Virus record (IMG/VR): IMGVR_UViG_3300046542_000248
Span: 1 to 64,000 of that record
DNA length: 64,000 bases
Reading direction: 5' to 3' (one strand)
The position numbers and the translations under genes were made by a program. Under the pieces are notes generated by a model that made no database searches, was not told where the DNA came from, and saw only the letters and a list, made by a program, of their open reading frames with translations. Below, piece after piece: positions 46,204-57,800 of the stretch. How positions within the stretch are numbered: the stretch's first letter is position 1; each line of letters opens with the position of its first letter.

Positions 46204-49200
46204 GTGAAAGATAATATGCCACCAGATGTAACGAAGATTAGCTTTGCTAACTTTTTTAATGTATTCACGGATACATCTAAGATGCAAAATAATGAGTTAG
46301 CGTTTGATTCCAGCTATCGGCTAGTATATAAAGATAATACTGGCGTACTACGAAATATCGTAAGTGTAAACGACTATGCAAATATTTATGCTCCAAATTC
46401 TGTAAATATTACACAAATTGTAAAATCTGCTAAAGTTGGTGTTGGTACTGAGGGCGATTTTTCAGCTAAAGTAACCAAATCAATGCCGTTAAGTAATATT
46501 GTCACAGCAACTGGTATTCATAATAGACTTATGCTAGTTCAGTATGACAATAATAACAATCTTAAAGATACCATTCTATTCCCTGAATATTTCTGTAAAC
46601 TTGGTACTTATGCTGATACAATGGATATCAATAAAGGTATTATTACCGAGATTATTAGAAAAGTAAAGATTGATGCTAATTTGGGAGTAACTACTCTTAC
46701 AAATAACAAAATCTTTAAAATCTATTTAACTGAAACTACGGATGTTGCAACTACTTTAAATCTTCCTCTAACAGTTGAAGCTAATAAAGATGTGATTGCA
46801 AATCGTAACCAAATGTATATTGGTGCTGACGGATATCTTTATATTATCAAAGATAAGGCTGTATCTGACCTGACGTATTCATTCTGGGTATTTAATAGAC
46901 GTACTACTAGTGTTAAGGTTAAAGTTAATACTACGATTCCTTTGCTAGAAAAAAATGATAATTTTGTTTTTGAATCTTACAGATACGTGTCTGATAACAT
47001 CGTTGGTACATCATACCAATTTGTGGGTTCAGGTGAAACTGTACAGATCACTAAGATATTATCAGCAATTAAAACAAGCAGTCTTGGTAAAGAGGATGTT
47101 ACTCTTACTATCTCTGGTGATAAAAAGAGTGTTAATGGCATTCAAAATGGTGCATATTATACAATCAATGTAATCACCGATGAAACTCCTGTTATCCCAT
47201 CTTTAGTATATCAATTCTTGGATGTTCAAGATGGTTTCTTTGGTTATTTATATACCATTCTTAAAAGTATCAATGATAATGAACATCAAACTCCTATTGA
47301 TATTGATGCTATCGTTGAAACAGTTCGACTTGCTTTATTATCATATATGGATGATAAACTTCTTCCTAAAGCTGATTTGGATTCTCCTAACTTTATTGGA
47401 GTTCCTAAAGTTCCTACAGCCGCTGTTAATACTAATACTACTCAAGCAGCATCAACTGCATGGGTTATTGGTCAAGCCAGTTCAGCTTCACCGTTAATGG
47501 ATGGTGCTGCGACAATTGGTGTTTCTCTTAAATATTCTAGAGAAGATCACGTGCATCCTATTGACACAAGTAGAGCGCCTGCGGCTTCTCCTACATTTAC
47601 TGGAACTGTAACTATTCCTACCGCTGGTGTTAACACTAATACTACTCAAGCAGCATCTACTGCATTCGTTATTGGTCAAGCAGCAACAGCAACTCCTCTT
47701 ATGGCTGGTGTTGCAGCTGTTGGTACTGCTACTAGATTTGCTAGAGAAGATCATAAGCATCCCATTGATACATCTAGAGCAGCAGTGGATTCACCTACAT
47801 TTACTACAATAGTAAAAACTCCTGATATTGATATGCTTGGCAATGAACTTTGGAACTCTGCAAATCTACCTATAATAAATATGATACCAGATTCTGGTAG
47901 ATTTATGGGCAATCAGCAAGATCCATATGCAATTCAATCAGGCATTGCATTTACTATTAATAATGAATTTTTTGCCCCATATAATGGAGGAAATAATTCT
48001 ACTGGTGGTAAATTTATTCATAATAATACAGATAATGGTGGTTCTGCTGGAAGCATGACTGCTGATGCGATTGCACTTGTGAATGCGATGAATACTATTG
48101 CTGGAGCAGATAAAAGATATGGAGCAGAATTTCATATTCTTGATATTACTCAAGGTTCTGGTACATCACTTCCGCATGCAACTAACACATCGCATTATCT
48201 TTTAACTACAAATAACTCTAAAAATATAGCAGGTGGCGGTGATTATTTCACATTCAGCTTCTGGGTTAGACTTAAAACCGGATCTGGTGCCACAATTAGT
48301 AGAAGTATAAAATTGGCTAAAAATGGTATTGATGTCACTGCATCATTTTTAAACATTTCAACGGCTGATGGTTGGATGCATATTCAATCCGTTTATAAAC
48401 CATCGACAGGGTATGATAATACCGCTCCTCAAATTTATGCACCTAGTGGTGCTGTTATCGAAATTGCAATACCTGTTATAGCTTCTGGTGGATCTGGTAC
48501 TGGTATTCATACGTCACCAATTCCAAGACTGGATCTCGGGTTTACTGCTGCATCTACGGCTTCACCTACATTTACTGGAACTGTAACATTACCAGCTACG
48601 ACGTCCATTGGACCAGTAACTGCTACTGAACTTGGATATATTTCTGGAGTAACTAGTTCTATTCAAACACAGTTAAATGCTAGAGCAACATCTGCTTCTC
48701 CTACATTTACTGGAACTGTAACTATTCCTACCGCTGCTGTTAATACTAATACTACTCAAGCTGCTTCTACTGCTTTCGTGTTAGGTCAAGCAGCAACTGC
48801 TTCTCCATTAATGGCTGGTGTTGCAACTGTTGGTACAGCTACTAAATTTGCTAGAGAAGATCATGTACATCCTAGTGACACTTCTAGAGCACCTACGGCT
48901 TCTCCTACATTTACTGGAACTGTAACTATTCCTACAGCTGCTGTTAATACTAATACTACTCAAGCTGCTTCTACTGCTTTCGTATTAGGTCAAGCTGGCT
49001 CTGCTTCTCCTGTTATGAATGGCACTGCAACTGTTGGTGTTGCAACTAAATTTGCTAGAGAAGATCATGTACATCCTAGTGATACAGCTAAAGCAGATAC
49101 TGCTTCTCCTACATTTACTGGGACTGTAACTATTCCTACTGCCGCTGTTAATACTAATACTACTCAAGCAGCTTCTACTGCATTCGTTATTGGTCAAGCT

Positions 49201-51183
49201 GGCTCTGCGGCACCATTGATGTCTGGTACTGCAACTGTTGGTACAGCTACTAAATTTTCTAGGGAAGATCATATTCACCCTAGTGACACAAGTAGAGCAC
49301 CTGCGGCTTCTCCTACTTTTACTGGGACTGTAACTATTCCTACGGCAACTGTTAATACTAATACGACTCAAGCTGCTTCTACTGCATTCGTTATTGGTCA
49401 AGCAGCAACTGCTTCTCCTCTTATGGCAGGCACTGCAACTGTTGGTGTTGCAACTAGATTTGCTAGAGAAGATCATATTCATCCTAGTGATACGTCTAGA
49501 GCACCTACGGCTTCTCCTACATTTACTGGGATTGTAACTGTTCCTACACCAGCAAATGGTGATAATTCAACAAAAGCTGCAACAACTGCCTTTATTAATA
49601 ACTTATTGTCAGGGAATAGTATTTCTGATGGTATTACTTGGACAGCACGAACAAGTGCTGCTGATAATCAATGGCAGTCAATCTGTTATGGTAATGGATT
49701 ATATGTAGCAGTTGCTGGAACTGGTACGGGTAACAGGGTCATGACTTCCCCTGACGGTATTACTTGGACAACAAGAACAAGTGCTGCTGATAATAGCTGG
49801 GTTTCTGTTTGTTATGGTAATGGATTATTTGTAGCAGTTGCTTATGGTAGTTCCCCAAATACTGTTATGACATCAACTGATGGTATTACTTGGACAATAA
49901 GAAGTTCTGGTAGTTGGTTAAGAGCAGTTTGTTATGGTAATGGATTATTTGTGGCTGTAACTGATACTACTAGTGTTATGACATCTCCTGATGGTATTAC
50001 TTGGTCAACAAGAACGGGTGCCAATGCTAATCAATGGAATTCAGTTATTTATGCTGCTGGATTATTTGTAGCCGTAGCGTCTACTGGTACTGGTAATAGA
50101 GTTATGACATCACCTGATGGTATCACCTGGACAGCACGAACAAGTGCTGCTGATAATGGTTGGTATTCAATTTGTTATGGTGCTGGTTTATTTGTAGCCG
50201 TTGCGATTGATGGTACAGGTAACCGTGTAATGACATCTCCTGATGCTATCACTTGGACAATAAGAACAAGTGCTGCTGATGTTGTTTGGAGATCAGTTGC
50301 TTATGGTGGTGGAATATTTGTAGCTGTTGCACAATCATCTACATTAATGACATCTCCTGATGGTATCACTTGGACCGCAAGAACGGCTTCTTCTGGTAAT
50401 AACTGGTTTTCAGTCTGTTATAATAACGGTTTATTTGTAGCTGTAGCAACTTCAGGTACAGGTAATAGAGTTATGACAAATAGTGGAACCCCGGCAGCAC
50501 CACTATCAGTTACTACTGCCGCTGTTAATACTAATACAAATCAAATAGCATCTACAGCGTTTGTATTAGGTCAAGCAGCAACTGCTTCCCCATTAATGGA
50601 TGGAGTTGCAACTGTCGGTACTTCTACTAAATTTGCTAGAGAAGATCATGTTCATGCTAGTGACACTTCTAGAGCACCTACGGCTTCACCTACATTTACT
50701 GGAACTGTAGTATTACCTTCAACTACTAGTATCGGTTCTGTAACTGCAACTGAACTTGGATACTTATCCGGTGTAACTAGCTCTATTCAAACACAATTAA
50801 ATGCTAGAGCAACATCTGCTTCTCCTACATTTACTGGAACTGTGATCGCTCCTACACCAGCAGTTGATAATAGTTCTACTCAAGTATCAACAACTGCATG
50901 GTATATGGGTCAACGTGCACCAAGTGTACCTGTTATGAATGGAGCTGCTGCAATAGGGTCATCTTTAAAATGGGCAGCTTCTGACCATGTTCATCCAAGT
51001 GATACAAGCAGAGCGGCTGCGGCTTCTCCTACTATTACAGGAGTTCTTACAGCAAGTGGTTCTATCGTAACTCCTTTAATCACTGCAAATGCTGTTGAGG
51101 TAAAATCTAGTGCTACCACTAAGAAATTTACTTTAGATTATAATGAAACTGAAGATTCACTTGATTTTATCTATACACCGTAA
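46204..51183 (+). CDS. Long tail fibre protein with HxH fibre repeats and one 7-bladed beta-propeller
   Basis: Repeated SPTFTG..PT....NTTQAASTAFV and AREDHxHP; 7 W..VCYGNG.FVAV...TSPDGITW blades; C-terminal YNETEDSLDF; start 46204 or 46216. Confidence 0.85.
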   Translation: MKDNMPPDVTKISFANFFNVFTDTSKMQNNELAFDSSYRLVYKDNTGVLRNIVSVNDYANIYAPNSVNITQIVKSAKVGVGTEGDFSAKVTKSMPLSNIVTATGIHNRLMLVQYDNNNNLKDTILFPEYFCKLGTYADTMDINKGIITEIIRKVKIDANLGVTTLTNNKIFKIYLTETTDVATTLNLPLTVEANKDVIANRNQMYIGADGYLYIIKDKAVSDLTYSFWVFNRRTTSVKVKVNTTIPLLEKNDNFVFESYRYVSDNIVGTSYQFVGSGETVQITKILSAIKTSSLGKEDVTLTISGDKKSVNGIQNGAYYTINVITDETPVIPSLVYQFLDVQDGFFGYLYTILKSINDNEHQTPIDIDAIVETVRLALLSYMDDKLLPKADLDSPNFIGVPKVPTAAVNTNTTQAASTAWVIGQASSASPLMDGAATIGVSLKYSREDHVHPIDTSRAPAASPTFTGTVTIPTAGVNTNTTQAASTAFVIGQAATATPLMAGVAAVGTATRFAREDHKHPIDTSRAAVDSPTFTTIVKTPDIDMLGNELWNSANLPIINMIPDSGRFMGNQQDPYAIQSGIAFTINNEFFAPYNGGNNSTGGKFIHNNTDNGGSAGSMTADAIALVNAMNTIAGADKRYGAEFHILDITQGSGTSLPHATNTSHYLLTTNNSKNIAGGGDYFTFSFWVRLKTGSGATISRSIKLAKNGIDVTASFLNISTADGWMHIQSVYKPSTGYDNTAPQIYAPSGAVIEIAIPVIASGGSGTGIHTSPIPRLDLGFTAASTASPTFTGTVTLPATTSIGPVTATELGYISGVTSSIQTQLNARATSASPTFTGTVTIPTAAVNTNTTQAASTAFVLGQAATASPLMAGVATVGTATKFAREDHVHPSDTSRAPTASPTFTGTVTIPTAAVNTNTTQAASTAFVLGQAGSASPVMNGTATVGVATKFAREDHVHPSDTAKADTASPTFTGTVTIPTAAVNTNTTQAASTAFVIGQAGSAAPLMSGTATVGTATKFSREDHIHPSDTSRAPAASPTFTGTVTIPTATVNTNTTQAASTAFVIGQAATASPLMAGTATVGVATRFAREDHIHPSDTSRAPTASPTFTGIVTVPTPANGDNSTKAATTAFINNLLSGNSISDGITWTARTSAADNQWQSICYGNGLYVAVAGTGTGNRVMTSPDGITWTTRTSAADNSWVSVCYGNGLFVAVAYGSSPNTVMTSTDGITWTIRSSGSWLRAVCYGNGLFVAVTDTTSVMTSPDGITWSTRTGANANQWNSVIYAAGLFVAVASTGTGNRVMTSPDGITWTARTSAADNGWYSICYGAGLFVAVAIDGTGNRVMTSPDAITWTIRTSAADVVWRSVAYGGGIFVAVAQSSTLMTSPDGITWTARTASSGNNWFSVCYNNGLFVAVATSGTGNRVMTNSGTPAAPLSVTTAAVNTNTNQIASTAFVLGQAATASPLMDGVATVGTSTKFAREDHVHASDTSRAPTASPTFTGTVVLPSTTSIGSVTATELGYLSGVTSSIQTQLNARATSASPTFTGTVIAPTPAVDNSSTQVSTTAWYMGQRAPSVPVMNGAAAIGSSLKWAASDHVHPSDTSRAAAASPTITGVLTASGSIVTPLITANAVEVKSSATTKKFTLDYNETEDSLDFIYTP
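48697..49512 (+). repeat. Four tandem 204-bp (68-aa) coding repeats in the tail fibre
   Basis: TCTCCTAC unit starts at 48697, 48901, 49105, 49309 and 49513, exactly 204 nt apart. Confidence 0.9.
49633..50478 (+). repeat. Seven ~126-bp blade repeats (one beta-propeller)
   Basis: Seven W-x-x-[VI]-[CAI]-Y units with Asp-box-like TSPDGITW. Confidence 0.85.
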
Positions 51184-51184
51184 C

Positions 51185-51224
51185 AAAAAGACTGGATGGC
51201 TCCCTATTTGGGACCATCCAGTTT
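51185..51224 (+). terminator. Intrinsic terminator
   Basis: ACTGGATGG...CCATCCAGT stem plus TTTT. Confidence 0.65.
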
Positions 51225-51275
51225 TATCTGTTAAACCATATATAAATCTAATAACGTGAAAGGTGTGAAATATAA

Positions 51276-54200
51276 ATGCCTACAATTGGTAGACTTAAAT
51301 TTGGTGATTTAATGGTTGCTGGGAAAATAAATGAAAGAACACAAGCTATTACTAATGGATTAATAGCACATTACCCATTCGATAATACTGCTATTGGTGA
51401 GGATTGGAATAAGAAAAGAAATTTGGTAGATTACAGTCAATGGAAGTTAGGAACTTCCGGTTCTCAAGGAAGTTTCAATCAAAATGGTACTACTAGTGAG
51501 AATCAGATTGTCAGATATCCAAATCCATGGGGTATAGATGATACGATATGGGGATGTTTAAATAATGATGTAACTAGTGATGCAGATGGTGGATGGAATT
51601 ATAATTCTGCACCTGTAGATAATACAAAAACTTATAGATTTTCTGTTTGGGTTAGACGTGAAGATGTTGGTGATGGGTACACATACTTTGGCCCTCAAAC
51701 AAGTACTGTGTCGCCATTAGGTTCGACCACTGCTGATAGTAATCCATATTTTACAAGTAAAAATGCTTCAAATCTTCCACAATCTGTAAATCAATGGTTA
51801 TTGTGGGTTGCACATGTTAGACCGTATGATTATGCAGGAGTAACTGCTCATAATGATTCTGGTATATATGATATTACCGGTAAAAAGGTAATGAATACTA
51901 TGATTGATTGGAAATGGCTAAATACAACTACCAGTAGTGGTCATAGAGCATATCTATACTATTCAACAGTTACTACAGAAAAACAATACATGTATCACCC
52001 AAGAATGGAAATGCTCGATGGCTATGAAAATACAGTACAAGAATTAATAATGGGTATTGAAGATAAAATCGACCCAGCTATTAATACTAACACCACTCTT
52101 AGAACTACTGGTTTATCTGTAGATTCTGCTACTGTTAATCTAGCAGATGGTGTATCATATGGAGCCTATGCTAGTGCTACACAGATTGGTGATTATTATG
52201 CATTACCAAACCCTGAAGATAAAACTTCTCAAAAATATGTAGTAAATGGAGTCGGATCTGTTGCAAGAGGTAGAAAAAATTTACCAGCAGTTACTGGAAA
52301 AACATATATCATGTCAATAGTAATGAAAATTACTGGAGCTGGTAGTATGTATGTAAGTCCATCTAAACCAAATCCTGAAGCATCGAATACGATAAATGTA
52401 ACAACTGTTCGATTAGCAACTATAGATCTTGGTGGTGGATGGTTTAAAATTATTGAATTATATACGATTGTATCTAACACCGTGGCATCTTGCATCTTCT
52501 GCTTTGGTATCTCTGGCGGAGCTGTAAATGATGAATTTTACGTGTATGATCTTCAATGGGAAGATAAAGCTTATCCTACAAGCTACGTTGCCGGAACTCG
52601 TGCCAGTAATAGTGTTTTCTCAATACCGAAATCAATGGTTCCTTCTACTGGTACATTCGTATTTGAATTTATGCCTAGAGCTTTTAGTGCTAATATGCCA
52701 ATTTTTTCTACTGGTGTAGATGGCTCTTCTGGCGGATTTGATTTGTTAATGCCAACTGCCGCAGGTTCAGGCGACACACTGTTTAGATGCTACAATGCTT
52801 CAAATTATTTTCAAGCATCAGGATCATCATCATGGTTCCCTACCTTATTTGCATGGTATGAAGTTGCTATTGCTTATACAAATAACGGAAGTGTCACGAT
52901 GTATATAAATGGAGATCCAGTTATAACTGTACCAAGTATAGGTGACTGGTTTGCAGCATTTACAGCATCTGGAACTGGTTTATATTTAGGAAGTGGCATA
53001 AGATCAGCAACCTCAATGGAATTTAGAAATGTATCTCTATATAACAGAGTCTTAACTGCTGCTGAGGTTTTAGAGAATTATTCTCCTACAAAATTTAAAT
53101 TATCTATTGATGGTAATATAAATATGCCAGTTGTAGAAAAACCTATTGGGATTCCTTCTGATGCATATTATTGGCCTCTTGGTGAAACTACACTTGATAC
53201 CACTTTCAAGTTTGATGCGATTGTTAAGGATGCTCTTACTTATAGGGACGGATATGCATGGGTACATTCAACTACTCAAGCAAATTTATTTCCAACTTAT
53301 CAAGATACATCAAATTTTGGGGTTAAAGGTGCTAGTAATTTTAAAACAATACAATTTGATGATTCAAATGTTATTTATAGATATGACTATTTTGGAGAAG
53401 GTACAAACTATAAAGGTCATGATATTGCTGTAACTTCTGGTACTAGTTACTTTTTTAGTATTGATGTTTTTGTATCTTCTGACTTTAATGGTAATACTAC
53501 GATGGTTGCCGGAATAGAAAATATCGTTGCTAATTATTTTAATTATAATATGAACAGAAAAGGAGTATGGCAACGGTTTACTTATACATTTACTGCACCT
53601 TCTTCTGGGATTGCTAGATTATTAATGTACCCTTGTGCTAATAATTCATCTGGTACTAAAGGTTATGTTTTGTATAGAAATCCTATGTTTACAGCTAGTG
53701 CTTATGAAGTTCCATTTTATAAAACAACTCGCATGAAAGGAAATCTTCAATTCAATCTGTATAATACAATAGGTCTTGACTGGAATAGTAACTGGTCAAT
53801 TGTTTATACAAAAATTCCTAAAGGTACAAGTAGTATTGGTAACTTAACAAATTACAATATTGATACTCTTGGTGCAAACTCGAACAGTGTTGGTGGAGGA
53901 TATAAATACTGGGGCAAAACAACTGGTGCTGATACTTTGAATATCACTAATGGTGGTATAATTGCAACTCTTACACCATCAGATTATTTTAACAGACCTC
54001 ATATGATTTCCATAGTAAAGAATGGGACTAATATTACATGGAAATTCTATGGAATCAATGGAACAATTACTTCACATACTCAGTCTATAGGAACAATCGC
54101 ATCTAATTATTTCGTAAATCAGTATGGTTATGACTTAAAGCTTGGTGGATGGGATAATACTAATGATTGTGGATCAATGTTTAAAGATCTATTCGTTGTA

Positions 54201-54311
54201 AAACGAGCAATGCTTGATGCTGATCTTGATCTTATGTGGAAAAGACAAATGAGAGTTAAGAATGGTAGACTCGAAGTTCAGGGCGGCATTTCTGATGGTT
54301 ACGTATTCTAA
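51276..54311 (+). CDS. Tail/receptor-binding protein with LamG and carbohydrate-binding-like beta-sandwich domains
   Basis: GLIAHYPFD, TYRFSVWV, GTFVFEF...WYEVAI...MYINGD...VSLYNRVL; N/G/T/S-rich. Confidence 0.75.
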   Translation: MPTIGRLKFGDLMVAGKINERTQAITNGLIAHYPFDNTAIGEDWNKKRNLVDYSQWKLGTSGSQGSFNQNGTTSENQIVRYPNPWGIDDTIWGCLNNDVTSDADGGWNYNSAPVDNTKTYRFSVWVRREDVGDGYTYFGPQTSTVSPLGSTTADSNPYFTSKNASNLPQSVNQWLLWVAHVRPYDYAGVTAHNDSGIYDITGKKVMNTMIDWKWLNTTTSSGHRAYLYYSTVTTEKQYMYHPRMEMLDGYENTVQELIMGIEDKIDPAINTNTTLRTTGLSVDSATVNLADGVSYGAYASATQIGDYYALPNPEDKTSQKYVVNGVGSVARGRKNLPAVTGKTYIMSIVMKITGAGSMYVSPSKPNPEASNTINVTTVRLATIDLGGGWFKIIELYTIVSNTVASCIFCFGISGGAVNDEFYVYDLQWEDKAYPTSYVAGTRASNSVFSIPKSMVPSTGTFVFEFMPRAFSANMPIFSTGVDGSSGGFDLLMPTAAGSGDTLFRCYNASNYFQASGSSSWFPTLFAWYEVAIAYTNNGSVTMYINGDPVITVPSIGDWFAAFTASGTGLYLGSGIRSATSMEFRNVSLYNRVLTAAEVLENYSPTKFKLSIDGNINMPVVEKPIGIPSDAYYWPLGETTLDTTFKFDAIVKDALTYRDGYAWVHSTTQANLFPTYQDTSNFGVKGASNFKTIQFDDSNVIYRYDYFGEGTNYKGHDIAVTSGTSYFFSIDVFVSSDFNGNTTMVAGIENIVANYFNYNMNRKGVWQRFTYTFTAPSSGIARLLMYPCANNSSGTKGYVLYRNPMFTASAYEVPFYKTTRMKGNLQFNLYNTIGLDWNSNWSIVYTKIPKGTSSIGNLTNYNIDTLGANSNSVGGGYKYWGKTTGADTLNITNGGIIATLTPSDYFNRPHMISIVKNGTNITWKFYGINGTITSHTQSIGTIASNYFVNQYGYDLKLGGWDNTNDCGSMFKDLFVVKRAMLDADLDLMWKRQMRVKNGRLEVQGGISDGYVF

Positions 54312-54370
54312 ATTATTACGTATTTAACTATCTATAAATCCCATCCCATAAACGAGGAGTTGTTATTTTC

Positions 54371-54748
54371 ATGAGTCATAATCATCACTTTTTCACGAAT
54401 CAAAGTATTCACACTTTAAACGATTGTATTGATACTGCAATGCGTCAAAATGGTATTGATGTTCTGCAAGATATTAATGCAGTATTGTATGAATTTACAA
54501 ATAACGTGGCTTCGGTTGAAGCTAACCACGACAAAGTTATTGCTCTTACACCGGCAGTTGCCGAAGTGGTTAAATCATTTGCAGATCTACACTTGAAAGT
54601 TAAAGGTGCTGCGGTAATCAAAGCAGTCGGGGTTATTCTTGATACAATTGATAATCCTCTTGCACCACCGCAACCGCAAGAACCGGTAGAAGAAGCTGCC
54701 CAAGAAGAAGTTGTTGAAGCAGCTGCTAGTCCCGAATCACAACAATAA
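54371..54748 (+). CDS. Small protein in the tail fibre cluster (possible chaperone/accessory)
   Basis: GAGGAG SD, 125 aa, high-expression-like codons, own terminator. Confidence 0.7.
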   Translation: MSHNHHFFTNQSIHTLNDCIDTAMRQNGIDVLQDINAVLYEFTNNVASVEANHDKVIALTPAVAEVVKSFADLHLKVKGAAVIKAVGVILDTIDNPLAPPQPQEPVEEAAQEEVVEAAASPESQQ

Positions 54749-54756
54749 ACCAATTA

Positions 54757-54789
54757 ATCAGGAAGAGTCTAAAAAGGCTCTTCCTGGTT
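54757..54789 (+). terminator. Intrinsic terminator
   Basis: AATCAGGAAGAG...CTCTTCCTGGTT plus T-run. Confidence 0.75.
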
Positions 54790-54815
54790 TTTTGTTTGTC
54801 AACTTTATATTATGA

Positions 54816-54827
54816 AACATCAAAATA
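54816..54827 (+). promoter_or_regulatory. Putative late promoter AACA-N6-TA
   Basis: AACAtcaaaaTA, 40 nt upstream of the CDS. Confidence 0.6.
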
Positions 54828-54866
54828 AGATACTTTATAATGGAAATGTGATAAGGAGGCTTATAT

Positions 54867-57800
54867 ATGGGCGAGTGGCATGGTGGGTCTACATTAGGTG
54901 GATATCCACTTGTAGTTAAAGCTGGTACTGACAATTATTTACCCAGATTTTCTGGGAGACTTTTAGTAAATAGTTCCATCACTGATGATGGGACAACTGC
55001 AACTTTAGGAAATGCTAATATTACTGGGACAGTTTCTTTTTCTGGTCCAGTTACTTTTTCAGGAACAACTTCTTTTAGTAGTGGTCTTACTGCGACTACT
55101 GCCGCAGTTAATACGAATACTACTCAACTCGCTACAACCGCATTCGTTATTGGTCAAGCAGCAACAGCAACTCCTCTTATGGATGGTACAGCTACAATTG
55201 GTGTAGCTACTAGATTTGCTAGAGAAGATCATATTCATCCTACTGATACAAGTAGAGCGCCAACAGCATCTCCTACGTTTACGGGAACTGTAACTATTCC
55301 GACAGCAGCTGCTAATACCAATACAACTCAAGCTGCGTCTACTGCATTCGTTATTGGTCAAGCTTCAAATGCTTTACCAGTAATAAACGGTACTATTACG
55401 GCTGGTGTTTCGAGTAAATTTTCAAGGGACGACCATGTACATCCTGTGGATATAAGTAGAGCGCCTATAACCTCACCGGCTTTTTTAGGAACGCCAACAG
55501 CTCAGATCCAACCACCAGGTACAAATTCAACAGCACTTGCTAATACTCAATTCGTTCAAGCTGCAATTACAACACCTAGTGTTTGGGCTACAAGAACAAG
55601 TGCTGCTGATAATCAATGGATGACAGTTTGTTATGGTAATGGAACATTTGTAGCTGTGGCAAATACAGGTACAGGTAATAGAGTTATGACATCAACTGAT
55701 GGTATTACTTGGACAATAAGAACAACCCCTGCCGATAATGGATGGAGATTTGTTTGTTATGGTAATGGTTTATTTGTAGCTGTAGCAGAAACTACAGGTA
55801 CAGGGAATCGTGTAATGACTTCTCCTGATGGTACTACTTGGACCATAAGAACAAGTGCTGCTGATAATGACTGGAAAGCAGTTTGCTTTGGTAATGGATT
55901 ATTCGTTGCAGTAGCAGCTACAGGTACAGGGAATCGTGTAATGACTTCTCCTGATGGTATCACTTGGACAATAAGAACAAGTGCTGCTGATAATAGCTGG
56001 GTTTCAGTTTGTTATGGTGCTGGATTATTTGTAGCTGTGGCAAATACAGGCACAGGTAATAGAGTAATGACATCTCCTGACGGTATTACTTGGACAATAA
56101 GAACAAGTGCTGCCAATAATACTTGGAGATCAATATGTTATGGTAATGGTATATTTGTAGTAATTTCATTTGATACACCGTCTAATAGAGTTATGACATC
56201 AACGGATGGTATTAACTGGACTTTAAGATCAAGCTATGTTGATAATACATGGATTTCAGTTTGTTATGGTGGTGGATTATTTGTAGCTGTAGGTAACAGT
56301 GGTACAGGTAATAGAGTTATGACATCAACTGATGGTATTACTTGGGCAGCAAAAGCAAGTGCTGCCGATTATGCATGGAACTCGGTTTGTTATGGTAATG
56401 GATTATTTGTAGCTATATCATATGATGGTACAGGTAATAGAGTTATGACAATGACTCGTTCAGTCGATGTTGTTGATCAAATACAGTCTGTTATTTCATC
56501 ATATAAAAGTGATATTAACAATCTTGCAGGAGTATTTGATACTTGGACTGCAAGAACAACTCCTATTGATAATGCATGGCTTGGTATCTGCTATGGTAAT
56601 GGTTTATTTGTAGCTATTGCTAATAGTGGTACAGGAAATCGTGTAATGACTTCTCCTGATGGTATCACTTGGACAATAAGAACAAGTGCTGCCGATAATA
56701 ACTGGGCTAAAGTATGCTATGGTGCTGGATTATTTGTAGCTGTTGCAACCACTGGTACTGGTAACCGTGTAATGACTTCTCCTGATGGTATCACTTGGAC
56801 AATACGAACAAGTGCTGCTGATAATAACTGGGCTGGTATATGCTATGATAATGGATTATTTGTAGCAGTTGCAACTTCTGGTACTGGCAATAGAGTAATG
56901 ACTTCTCCTGATGGTATCACTTGGACAATACGAACAAGCGCTGCTGATAATAACTGGTCTTCAGTATGTTATGGTAATGGATTATATGTGGCAATTGCAG
57001 GATCTGGTACAGGTAACCGTGTTATGACTTCTCCTAATGGTATTACTTGGACAATAAGAACATCCCCCGCTGATAATAACTGGTATACAGTTTGTTTCGG
57101 TAATGGATTATTCGTATCTGTGGCTTGGAGTGGTACAGGTAACCGTGTTATGACTTCTCCTGATGGTATTACTTGGACTTTAAGAGTATCTCCTGCCGAT
57201 ATTTGGTGGATGGCACTTTGTTATGGTAATGGAGTATTTATATCTTTGGCACAAACTGGTACTGGTAACCGTGTTATGACTTCACCAGATGGTATTAACT
57301 GGACGCAACGATTAACACCTGTTGATAACCAGTGGACTGCAATATGTTATGGTAACGGATTATTTGTAGGTGTATCACTTGATGGTGCAGGTAATAGAGT
57401 TATGACTAGTGCTGGGCCTATTACAGTTGCAACTAGATTAAGTAATCTAGATACAATTGATGTTACTAGTAAAAAGAATTTAGATTCTGTAACTCAACAT
57501 ACGTGGGTAAATAGAACAAGTGCTGCTGATAACCAATGGGTTTCAGTTTGTTATGCTATTGGTTTATTTGTAGCTGTGGCTCAATCGGGTACAGGTAACC
57601 GTGTTATGACTTCTCCTGATGGTATTAACTGGACAATAAGAACAAGCGCCGCTGATAATAACTGGCAAGCAGTTTGTTATGGTGCTGGATTATTTGTAGC
57701 TGTTGCATCTACTGGTACTGGTAATAGAGTTATGACTTCTCCTGATGGTATCACTTGGACAATACGAACAAGTGCTGCTGATAATAGCTGGACTGCTGTT

